Both the position numbers and the translations under genes were made by a program. A stretch of 34,389 nucleotides of DNA from assembly GCA_017610175.1 (NCBI GenBank), contig JAFCCO010000013.1, positions 1 to 34,389 on the forward strand, written 5' to 3'. Under the pieces are notes generated by a model. That model was given only the letters and a program-made list of their open reading frames with translations. It was not told where the DNA came from and did not search any database. The DNA is from Candidatus Iainarchaeum sp. (GTDB taxonomy: Archaea; Iainarchaeota; Iainarchaeia; Iainarchaeales; GCA-2688035). Every line of letters begins with the position of its first letter. Position 1 is the first letter of the stretch. This document shows positions 1 through 8,277 of the stretch, one piece after another.

Positions 1-100
1 GCCACCCGAAAAAGGCCTTAAGCAAAGCCAGTTTTTGTTGGATTAGGAAGAATTAAGGGGTATAATGGATATTCCTGAACTTTGGCATTAGATAAAAATG

Positions 101-115
101 GCGCAGGGGACGAGA
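101..115. repeat. att core copy (displaced tRNA-Ser 3' end)
   Basis: gcgcaggggacgaga is identical to 7341-7355; on the minus strand it continues as ...CCCCTGCG-CCA then TTTTT. Confidence 0.93.
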
Positions 116-126
116 GTTCCCTGTCT

Positions 127-142
127 TTTCTTACGCACTGAC
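127..142. repeat. 16-bp inverted repeat, left copy (candidate recombinase binding site)
   Basis: tttcttacgcactgac is the exact reverse complement of gtcagtgcgtaagaaa at 7316-7331. Confidence 0.85.
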
Positions 143-210
143 TGACATACTAAGTGTGTTCCCCCCTTAAAAGCCTTCTGTTTAAAAAGAATTGTTCACA
201 ATATTTGGGT

Positions 211-417
211 ATGTCTGTAGGTAAAAAAAAAGCAATGGCAATTATTGGAGTAGGTAAGCCTCTTAGCTTGGCAATAGTAGCGGGGTTTGTTGTTGCTATT
301 GCGTGGGAATGGACTCCTGAATCGAAACTGCTTTACTTCTTAGTTATCGCTGCCTGCTTTGTTGCTTTGACAATAATTGAATACGGGACACAAAACTGGG
401 GGTTGTTTGGTGAATAA
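211..417 (+). CDS. small two-TM membrane protein
   Basis: Two hydrophobic segments; ATG at 211 preferred over GTG at 154. Confidence 0.6.
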   Translation: MSVGKKKAMAIIGVGKPLSLAIVAGFVVAIAWEWTPESKLLYFLVIAACFVALTIIEYGTQNWGLFGE

Positions 418-583
418 ATTTAAAGCAGAGTCAACTGTCACAGCTCACCATGAGGGAACGTATTTCAGAACAGCAATTCCTCGCGACATAGCCCTCAACA
501 TTTTAGGGCTTAAAACAGACCTCAAAAAACAGCGCCTCGTTTGGACAGTTGAAAAAGGAAAAGTGGTTGTGGAGAAGAAATGA
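410..583 (+). CDS. AbrB/MazE/SpoVT-like DNA-binding protein
   Basis: GTYFRTAIPRDIALNILGLK...LVWTVEKGKVVVEK fits the swapped-hairpin pattern; ATGA overlap with the next gene; GTG start assumed. Confidence 0.65.
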   Translation: MNKFKAESTVTAHHEGTYFRTAIPRDIALNILGLKTDLKKQRLVWTVEKGKVVVEKK

Positions 584-1359
584 GTGCTGAAGAAAATATT
601 CCAATTTCTACTAAATGGCTGTTTGATTCTGTTGGAGATACAGGACGGAATGTAATTGAACAAATGTTTATGATTGTGTCTTTAGGTAAAAAAGGAAGTG
701 GTTTTCTTTACAAAGACCTAGGAATTATTACAAATGAGCATGTGGTAAGAGATTGCAATTTGAATGATATCTTTGCAATAGACAGCAAAGGAAACAAAAT
801 ATCTTTTGTCGATATTGTTGTTGACCAAAATAAAGACTTGGCTTTTTTAAAACCTAAAATAGCATTAAAAGGCGGGCTTGAAATTGACACTAAAATAGAA
901 CCAAAACCAGGCGTGCAAATTTCAATCTGGGGGTATCCTCTAGCTTACAATGGACCCGCCCCCCTTCTTTCTATAGGTTACATTTCAGGATTCAAAGAAC
1001 ACAAAGAAACTAAGGATTCACAATCAGTTAAACATTTTGTTGTTAATGGCGCTTTCAATCCAGGTAATTCAGGCGGACCCATATTTATTACAGGTCAAGA
1101 TAAAGTAATTGGGGTAGTGGTTAACAAACATGCGCCAATCTCACAATTTTTGCTTTCAGCAATTGAGGTATTGGCTAAAAACAAAAGCGGACTTATTTAT
1201 ACTGCTAAAGATAGTAAAGGGATTGAAACAAAATTTGCCGAATCTCAAATTGTTGCACAACTGTTGAATCACCTTAGAACACTTACCCAAGTTATGATTG
1301 GAGAAGCAATTGAATCTTCAGAATTAATTCAATTCATTGAGGAGAATGATATCGAATAA
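580..1359 (+). CDS. trypsin-like serine protease (S1), no signal peptide or PDZ
   Basis: GSGF, ITNEHVV (His), DLAFL (Asp), FNPGNSGGP (Ser) triad motifs. Confidence 0.92.
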   Translation: MSAEENIPISTKWLFDSVGDTGRNVIEQMFMIVSLGKKGSGFLYKDLGIITNEHVVRDCNLNDIFAIDSKGNKISFVDIVVDQNKDLAFLKPKIALKGGLEIDTKIEPKPGVQISIWGYPLAYNGPAPLLSIGYISGFKEHKETKDSQSVKHFVVNGAFNPGNSGGPIFITGQDKVIGVVVNKHAPISQFLLSAIEVLAKNKSGLIYTAKDSKGIETKFAESQIVAQLLNHLRTLTQVMIGEAIESSELIQFIEENDIE

Positions 1360-1428
1360 TGGCAGACAGAACAACCACTGTCAAAATAATTTTCATCTTC
1401 AAAACAAAACTTGGAAAGTGATGTAAAA

Positions 1429-1986
1429 ATGAAAACAGGAACAATTATCTTAGCAGTTCTTACACTCATTTTGTTAAGCGGATGCACTCAAAGAGAATAC
1501 GTCTGTGCCGATGGGCAAGTTGTCAGCAATCCAAACCAATGCAACGCACCCAACATCCCTATGGAAACTCCTATCGAGCCACCCATTGAATCTCCTGTTG
1601 AGCCTCCTGTTGAGCCACCTGTAAATCCTCAATTCCTTGATTGCGGTTCAGACATTGATTGTTTTTCAGAGCGGTTGAAATACTGCGAGCCAGCAATAGT
1701 AACAATTCCTGATGGAAACAAAATCACAGAAGTAGATACCTACTCATACTTTGCCACCGCAAACACAACAGGAGAAATAGCAGACTATCTTGGAGTTTTT
1801 GACATATGCCATGTTAAATACACCAACGTCCTCCAATCTAAAAAAGCGCCTTTCTCAGAGAGAGTAACAAAAGAAACATTCGACCTCGTAACCTGTAACT
1901 ACAACGCGAACGAACCATTCTCTAAAATAGTTCGAGGCTACCCTGCTCGCATCGAACGCTGCTCAGGGGAAAACTTCAGGAGCTGA
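1429..1986 (+). CDS. predicted lipoprotein with Pro-rich linker and Cys-rich domain
   Basis: Hydrophobic leader, lipobox LLSGC, PIEP/PVEP repeats, DCGSDIDCF motif. Confidence 0.85.
   Translation: MKTGTIILAVLTLILLSGCTQREYVCADGQVVSNPNQCNAPNIPMETPIEPPIESPVEPPVEPPVNPQFLDCGSDIDCFSERLKYCEPAIVTIPDGNKITEVDTYSYFATANTTGEIADYLGVFDICHVKYTNVLQSKKAPFSERVTKETFDLVTCNYNANEPFSKIVRGYPARIERCSGENFRS
1570..1629 (+). repeat. imperfect 12-bp coding tandem repeat (PIEP PIES PVEP PVEP PVNP)
   Basis: cctgttgagc-type units within the lipoprotein gene. Confidence 0.7.
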
Positions 1987-1992
1987 AAGAAA

Positions 1993-2478
1993 ATGGGTGA
2001 AACACTTGGGGAAAAGCTAAGAAGGGAAGCTAAAGCAAGCGGGGCTGAATGGGATGCCCGTTTGAAAAAATTAGGTCTTTCCCCCCTCGCAGATAGTCCT
2101 ATCAACACAATTAGGGTGGACACAACCAGCGATACAATTCGTGCATCTCAAAGCAGTAACAAACTTATTTACAAACTCGCTTTGTTTGCAGCAGTCTTTG
2201 CAATACTTTCAGGAATGGCGGGGGCTGTTTTCAACAAGATATTTGAGTGGTATGCTTGGCTTGTTTGGATAGGTTTGGGCGCGGTTTTTATAGTGACGCT
2301 GGTGCTGGGGTGGGTATTTGAAGAACACGAATCAACACTGACAGATTTCAAAAAAGCAATCTATATCGTCCTCATTGCATGTGCTTTTTTTGCAATGATT
2401 TGGTTTATGCTCAGTAGCTGGACAGCAATCATTGCATCAATCCAAAACGCGGGGGCTCAACGCACGCACGCGTGGTAA
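1993..2478 (+). CDS. membrane protein, three TM helices
   Basis: Soluble N-terminus then three hydrophobic stretches; 6 nt after the lipoprotein gene. Confidence 0.75.
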   Translation: MGETLGEKLRREAKASGAEWDARLKKLGLSPLADSPINTIRVDTTSDTIRASQSSNKLIYKLALFAAVFAILSGMAGAVFNKIFEWYAWLVWIGLGAVFIVTLVLGWVFEEHESTLTDFKKAIYIVLIACAFFAMIWFMLSSWTAIIASIQNAGAQRTHAW

Positions 2479-2562
2479 CTAATACTAAACTTACCCAGAA
2501 AAGCAAAAAATTAAGAAAAAGCGATTTTCCCTATTAGTATAGTTTAACTTATAGAGTAAACT

Positions 2563-2823
2563 CTATTCCTTTTCTCCCCCGACAGCCTCCTGCAAAATTT
2601 TCTGAACCAACCCACTCCGCTTTCCAAAAAGCTCTCGCCAGTGAACCTCACCAATGAAAATTTGTTTCCGATGACAAGCAACACCACCCTTCAGAGGAGT
2701 CAACACAAGGCATCGGCTATTGCTTCCCATTTGCCCAACCTGAACCTCAAAGGAGAACGCGCCCTTCGGGTCAGTCTGATACTTTCCGTGCAACACCTTC
2801 CACTGCTTAACTTCTTTCTTCAC
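2563..2823 (-). CDS. hypothetical small basic protein, last gene of the ATPase operon
   Basis: GTGA overlap with the ATPase stop. Confidence 0.65.
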   Translation of the reverse strand: MKKEVKQWKVLHGKYQTDPKGAFSFEVQVGQMGSNSRCLVLTPLKGGVACHRKQIFIGEVHWRELFGKRSGLVQKILQEAVGGEKE

Positions 2824-4223
2824 AAGAACTCACCTTCCTCTTCTTCTTCCTTTTCCTCAGATCCCACAGACACATCCCCTGACTTCTTGATGACAACCCT
2901 CAAGCTGTCGTTCAATGTGTCAGTGTATGTCACCGACTCAACAAAGGCTTGAGCGTTAATCCAATCAAACACTGACTCCCCTGCCTTCCGATGCCTGCCC
3001 TGACAGGGCGCACCGAAAAACGGATAAAGAAAATTCTGTGCTCCAATCCTCTGAACGAAAAACACTCCCGCCTGCAAGCTCGGAAGCTTAGCCCGAACAT
3101 TCAAGGGAATGAAATTGAAATTGTCAGACAGCCACGCAGCATCCTTTGCATGAAGCCCGCCACTCACAACCCAGCCAATGTTTGACAAAACGGTGGCGTC
3201 CAAATCCGCAGGACGCTGTGAATCCAAAGCAAGCGTGACGCCCAACAAACGGGACTCTCTTGAAATTGTTCTGAGAACCGTCAGCGAACTGAATCCAGAC
3301 GATGCAGCATCAGGGGAAATGCTTGCCTTAGAAGGACAAAAGTTTGCTGCCTCTGGAATCGCCAGAAACATGGACGGGTATTTCTTTGTCAACCTCAACT
3401 CCAAAATCTTTCTCACGACCACGCAAAAAATCAAAAAGGCATAAGACTGCTCGCACCGACTCAAGTCAATTGTTGTAATTGTTCCAGAGTCTTGGAGAAC
3501 CTCATCAAGGTTTATGCGGAACTGGTTGTCGTCATCACAAAGCAAGCCCGACCGTTGCAGTCCCGACACGAGCCTCAGCATCCCGCCGAAGATTTCCTTT
3601 CGCCCAATCGCAGCCGAGCCGTCCTTCGATTCAATGGACAGCTTGTAATTCTTGTCATCCACCAGTTGCACGAGTACCGTGATGAACTCTTCAATTGATT
3701 TGAATTCCCGAAGCTTGAACAGTGTGTCCAAAGAAATCTGTGCAGAAACGGTTGCGTTCCGCATCAAAACCAACAAGTCATCCGCTCTCAAATCACTGAA
3801 CGCAATTTTGAAAGGTTTCATGTCCAACCAGCCAAAATCACGTCCCTCGCCAGCCATTTTCTCTTGAAATTCCACAAACTTGTCAGTATGGCGCGGTAGG
3901 GTCACGGACATTTTGTTTCCCTCTATTTGAAACCTGTTTCGCACAAATGGAACAAGCACCTCAGTCGGGAAAGGGCGGGGTCGCTTATTGTGGTCATACC
4001 TCAACGCCCTAACCAGCACAGGGTCGTCCTCAGCAAAGCCAAGAGTGATGGCTTCCGATTTCAACGTGAAAATAATCACTTTTTGCCCAGCAGATCATTT
4101 GTTGCAAGCAATGGATTCCAAGAGGCAAGTTTTTCCTCTCCCCGTCACCCCGAACAGAGCGACGTGTCGAACGTCATCGAAAATCTTTTCGTGCCCAATA
4201 ATCTTCACGCGCTCAGACTTCAT
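2820..4223 (-). pseudogene. HerA/FtsK/VirB4-like P-loop ATPase interrupted by one in-frame TGA
   Basis: ATG 4223 (GGTGA upstream) reads MKSERVK...ALFGVTGRGKT (Walker A), hits TGA at 4095-4097, then runs in frame into the 419-aa ORF with RESRLLGVTLALDSQRPADLD; Walker B is atypical (FLAIPE). Confidence 0.85.
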
Positions 4224-4905
4224 CTTCACCCTCTTCCTTTTTCTCAGCTTGTTGCACAATCAACTGAACAGGTTGCTGGGCTGGAGCTTCTTCCTTTCCG
4301 CGAGGCACAAGAGCAGGGTTTTTTTTGGGAAGTCGGTAACCCAAAGTTTCGTCCTCAAGACCCGTTCCCTTCAGAATTTCCTGCGCCGAACTTAGCACAA
4401 AAATATCCAACTCAAGCAAACGCATTATTGACTCGTCCACTGCAAGCTTTCCAGAAAGTAACGCCTGCTTCAGTAACCTTTTTCGCTTTGCTCCAATGAA
4501 CTTTGCCTTCGCAGCAGTTTCATCTTTATTAAGTTCAGAATAACCACTGTGACTCAATGTAGGGCTGTAAACACTGAGCACTGGTTTGACGGTTGCATAC
4601 TTTTGCGCAGCTGCATAATATCTCTTTGCGAGAACAAAGTTCTGCAAGCTAATCACCTTCTTCGAATTGAAAATAATCGGGGCAGCAATTTCAACAAACA
4701 AAATTGCGGCATGAATTGCAAGCTCGTCATCCCCATTCAAAGTGTGTGCTTCAAGCTCGCCGAACTTCAGGCTCAGAAATTCAGAATAAGCCGAGCCCTT
4801 CGAAGTCAAACGCTTTCCGCGAACTTCAAACATCCGCTCCCACTTACTCGTCTGGAAATTCATGTCCTGCATGTATGTGCCAACCTCCAATTCACGCTGA
4901 GTCAT
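4213..4905 (-). CDS. hypothetical protein, coupled to the ATPase
   Basis: 230-aa ORF overlapping both neighbours' start/stop. Confidence 0.75.
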   Translation of the reverse strand: MTQRELEVGTYMQDMNFQTSKWERMFEVRGKRLTSKGSAYSEFLSLKFGELEAHTLNGDDELAIHAAILFVEIAAPIIFNSKKVISLQNFVLAKRYYAAAQKYATVKPVLSVYSPTLSHSGYSELNKDETAAKAKFIGAKRKRLLKQALLSGKLAVDESIMRLLELDIFVLSSAQEILKGTGLEDETLGYRLPKKNPALVPRGKEEAPAQQPVQLIVQQAEKKEEGEDEV

Positions 4906-5189
4906 TTTCTCACCCTCTTCTCAGCTTTGCGTTTCTTTCGCTTCAGCATTTTCTTCTCGTCTTTGTCAACCCAAAACATCATAACACTCGCAAGCTGTTT
5001 CTTCTGAGCAGGCAACGATTTCTTATCCCAAAGGTTGAACCCTTCAATGTCATAAAAATCAATATTGCCAACGTCGTATCTGCAAAACTTGTTTGCGTCC
5101 CGCACCTCATTCGACCAAATCCTGAATGAGATGGGGTTCATTTTGTTGTGGTAAATTTGTTCCTCGCACCATTCAATAATTTCGTTCAA
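4902..5189 (-). CDS. hypothetical protein with basic C-terminus (start uncertain, possibly 5'-disrupted)
   Basis: ATGA overlap with the downstream gene; an in-frame ATG at 5270 is separated from it by TGA at 5223-5225. Confidence 0.55.
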   Translation of the reverse strand: MNEIIEWCEEQIYHNKMNPISFRIWSNEVRDANKFCRYDVGNIDFYDIEGFNLWDKKSLPAQKKQLASVMMFWVDKDEKKMLKRKKRKAEKRVRK

Positions 5190-5204
5190 ATCAATTTTGT
5201 CAAA

Positions 5205-6044
5205 ATGTTTGTGAACCTGCTCTCAGGGAAAAAGCAGCCCAGCAAACTTGCCAAGTTGCCTGAAGAACATAACGGGATTTTAAAAAAGTGTTATCTTGAT
5301 GACATCAAAAGAGCAAAGGAGGAAATCAGGGGGTTGAAAGGGCGGGATAGTGAGCGAGCCAAAACAAGAATCGAAACACTCATAAAACAAATAATTGTTT
5401 TGGAGAAAAAGTTTATCAGAAATTCAAAAGGTGGAATCAGTCTTAAACCACAACCTTCTTCCAACCCTCAAGAGCTCAGGCAAATATTGTTTGAGAAAAT
5501 CCCTAATGATATGGGTGATGAGTTAATCGAAAAGCAGGATGGTTTTGGCAAGACTAAATTTTACGGTATCATTCCCGAATATTTTCTCGTTCTTGGCATG
5601 GACAAAAGAATGTGCAATATAATAGAGTATATGGTTGACACTATTGGAGAAAATGACATTAACCATGTTTGGGATGGAGCAATTCAAGATGATTTACAGT
5701 TAGCCATTCGTTCAACATTCAAAGTCAATGATGGGCTTTCCAATCGCAACGCGGAGAAATTGCTTGGCGACAGGCGCGAGAAAATTAAGAATGAGGACGA
5801 TTTTTGGAACGCTCTGTTTGAAGTGCTTTTGGATTCAGAGAAATTTTTGTTTTTTATTGAATCTGTTCAAAACCAATATTTCTACATTGTCAACGAAGCA
5901 TATAACAAAATTTACAGGCGTTTCGTTAAAGGTGACACAAGGTCTGTTTTGGATGGCATTATTTCAAATGACGCGCCGAAAAAAAGCAAAAAGGAAATTA
6001 TAGACGAACAATTGGCACGTGAATTTTCTATTAAATTGGTTTGA
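5205..6044 (+). CDS. hypothetical protein of element 1
   Basis: Long open frame, charged and helical, convergent with the integrase; start uncertain. Confidence 0.75.
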   Translation: MFVNLLSGKKQPSKLAKLPEEHNGILKKCYLDDIKRAKEEIRGLKGRDSERAKTRIETLIKQIIVLEKKFIRNSKGGISLKPQPSSNPQELRQILFEKIPNDMGDELIEKQDGFGKTKFYGIIPEYFLVLGMDKRMCNIIEYMVDTIGENDINHVWDGAIQDDLQLAIRSTFKVNDGLSNRNAEKLLGDRREKIKNEDDFWNALFEVLLDSEKFLFFIESVQNQYFYIVNEAYNKIYRRFVKGDTRSVLDGIISNDAPKKSKKEIIDEQLAREFSIKLV

Positions 6045-6070
6045 AAAATAGAAGGTGAGCGGTTTCCCGC

Positions 6071-7277
6071 TCAGATGATTCCTTTTTCTGTTGCCCATTG
6101 GTCGAGTATCTGTTTGAACAGTTGCGCGTTCTCATTGCTGAGGAAATTCCCCTTCATCTTCTGCTGCTCGTCCCTCACAGTTTGTTCACAGTGCCTGCCA
6201 CATTTGGGGCAGAAACTTTGGTCTGGTGCAAAGCTTTGTTCGCACTGTGGGCAGAATTGCATTTCCAGCTCTTGTGGCTTGTATCGCTGTTCACGTTTGC
6301 CGTGCATTGCGTCCTCGTAGTCGTGCAAGTCCTTGAATTTGGCGTGTGTGTATTTCTTTGCCATGCGCGAACCATGAACATGACCAAAGCGAAGGTCAAT
6401 CAGTGTTTGTGGAACGCCTTTGACTTGGCAGTCGGTGTAAACCAAGTGACGACCGGAGTATGGATTCAATCGCTTCTCAATGCCTGCTCGTTCGCCCAGT
6501 GCCCTGAGTTTTTTGTAGAACCCACCGTATGACAAATGCTTTGCCCTTGAGTTCAAAAGCAAAGGTGCGTCAGGGTCTGCCCGAAAAGGATGCTGGTTGA
6601 GATAGTTTCTGAGGGCTGAAGTGAACGGCTCGTAGAGTTTGATTTGCCTGTATCCAGTTTTGTTTTGTTCGCCAACATGGAAGAGCACGCAGTCCTTTTC
6701 CTCAGACAGAAATTGCCAGTTTTTTATACGGCTGTTACCAAATTCAGCAGTTCGCGAACCGATTTTCAGATAGGCATAGGCAATCAGAATTTCCAACAAG
6801 GTTTGGGCTGCTTGCACAAGCCTTTTGCGTTCTTCAGTGTCAAGAAAATCGTCTGGATTGTATACAGGAACTGCTTTTTCCTGCCTTTGTGTTGCACAGT
6901 TTCCTGATGTCCTTGTAGCGTTTGCCTTCTTCGTCATCTAACCAGCGAAAATACTGCTTTACCATCGTCTTATAATCTTTAATGGTGCTGGTCTTGCGTT
7001 TTTCCTTCCTCAACTGAAGCAAGAGAATCTCGATGTCCGCTTTCTCAAGCTTGTCAAGCTTCTTTCCTTTGAGTCGTCTGCATATTTGCTTCAGGGTATT
7101 CAGCACCTTTAGCTGTCTTGCGTTGCTGTTGCCATTCAAAATGCAGTTCTTTTCGTGGAATTCAAAAATTAGTTTCTGGTTGTGGGCAGAAAGCTCTGCC
7201 TTAATGTTTGATGTTTCCTTTCTGAGCTTGCCTTCGTATCCATGAATGTCGAGCTCAGTTTCTTTCCATTTACTCAT
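6071..7277 (-). pseudogene. tyrosine recombinase/integrase with C-terminal double Zn ribbon, split by a frameshift
   Basis: N-terminal binding domain (6840-7277) overlaps the catalytic ORF (6071-6937: GSRTAE, KTG, PYSGRH, FGH, KKYTH, CPQC/CPKC); deleting one A of the A5 run at 6875-6879 fuses them; GGAGG upstream. Confidence 0.9.
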
Positions 7278-7315
7278 ACACACTTCGCCTCCTAACGTCC
7301 CTTTTAAGACTATGC

Positions 7316-7331
7316 GTCAGTGCGTAAGAAA
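7316..7331. repeat. 16-bp inverted repeat, right copy
   Basis: Reverse complement of 127-142. Confidence 0.85.
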
Positions 7332-7340
7332 TAACTAAAA

Positions 7341-7355
7341 GCGCAGGGGACGAGA
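7341..7355. repeat. att core copy overlapping the tRNA-Ser 3' end
   Basis: Identical to 101-115. Confidence 0.93.
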
Positions 7356-7424
7356 TTCGAACTCGCGCGCCCCGAAGGACTCAAGCTTAGCAGGCTTGCG
7401 CGTTAACCGCTCCGCCACCCCTGC
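7342..7424 (-). tRNA. tRNA-Ser(GCT)
   Basis: Acceptor GCAGGGG/CCCCTGC, anticodon arm CAAGC-CTGCTAA-GCTTG, long variable arm, TTCGAAT loop. Confidence 0.97.
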
Positions 7425-7496
7425 ATTTAATCAAAATGTGTGGGCAAAGACTTTAAAATGAAACCATTAAAAGCCGCAAAAGCGTAATAGTTTTGA

Positions 7497-8276
7497 ATGC
7501 TTTTGAATAAAAAACGCAGGGAAAAGCTTGCTTTTGCGCTCCTTTTTCCGGTTCTGCTTGCGATTGGATACCTTTTGGTTACGGGGCTGAATTTCTTCAC
7601 CCCAAAACCGACTCTTCTTGCGCTGGGGGCAAACTTCTTCAAATTTCAAAACGTGCTGATTTACTATTTGGTTCACTCATGGTATCACCACCTTTTCTTC
7701 AACGCCGCGGTTTTGTTTGCGTTTGGCTACGTGATTTACGAAGTTCTTGGAAAAAAGCACTTTATCTCGCTGTTCTTTGTTTCAACCGTTGGTTCCGCAC
7801 TTGCTGCGGTCCTTATTTTTCCGGGCTATTCGTTTGTCGGGGCAAGTGCCGCCTCGAGCGCGTGGGTTGCTGTGGCCTTTGCGTCGCGTCCCAAGCAGGC
7901 GATTGCCGCACTCATTGCCTCATCAGTTCTTGTTTCAATTCTTCTTTCGCCGATTGCGGCACTAAGCTATGCGGCCTCGCTTGAATCCCTTTCGCAGGAA
8001 AGGGAAACGCTTGAGCTGGACTACAATGCCGCAATAATTGCAGGGGATGTGAACCGGGCACGGGCGGTCTATATAATGATTGAGAGAACCGAGCAGGTGA
8101 TTGAGAAAACAGTTGAGGAAGAGAAGAGCGCAAAGGGACTGGACATAAGCCACTTCATGCACGCAATTGGAGCGGTAATTGGCCTTGGCTATCTCCTTGT
8201 TTTCAGGAAGGCAGAGCTGATTAAGGGAATTGAGTCAGTGCACAACGTACTTGTGTTTATTGGAATAAAGCGGTGA
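7497..8276 (+). CDS. rhomboid family intramembrane serine protease
   Basis: HxxxxHLFFN, VGASA (Ser), HAIGAVIG (His); soluble insertion before the last TM. Confidence 0.88.
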   Translation: MLLNKKRREKLAFALLFPVLLAIGYLLVTGLNFFTPKPTLLALGANFFKFQNVLIYYLVHSWYHHLFFNAAVLFAFGYVIYEVLGKKHFISLFFVSTVGSALAAVLIFPGYSFVGASAASSAWVAVAFASRPKQAIAALIASSVLVSILLSPIAALSYAASLESLSQERETLELDYNAAIIAGDVNRARAVYIMIERTEQVIEKTVEEEKSAKGLDISHFMHAIGAVIGLGYLLVFRKAELIKGIESVHNVLVFIGIKR

Positions 8277-8277
8277 A

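Larger units (their letters stand above)
101..7355. mobile_element. Integrated element 1 (tyrosine-integrase, tRNA-Ser-targeted; decaying provirus or integrative plasmid-like)
   Basis: Bounded by a perfect 15-bp direct repeat of the tRNA-Ser 3' end; integrase next to the tRNA; 16-bp inverted repeats just inside both ends; HerA/FtsK-like ATPase operon inside. Confidence 0.92.

Noticed and set aside
2820-5270. TGA reassignment (code 4/25) in element 1, suggested by two in-frame TGAs
   Set aside because: Three genes of the same operon end in TGA overlapping the next start codon, so TGA works as stop here
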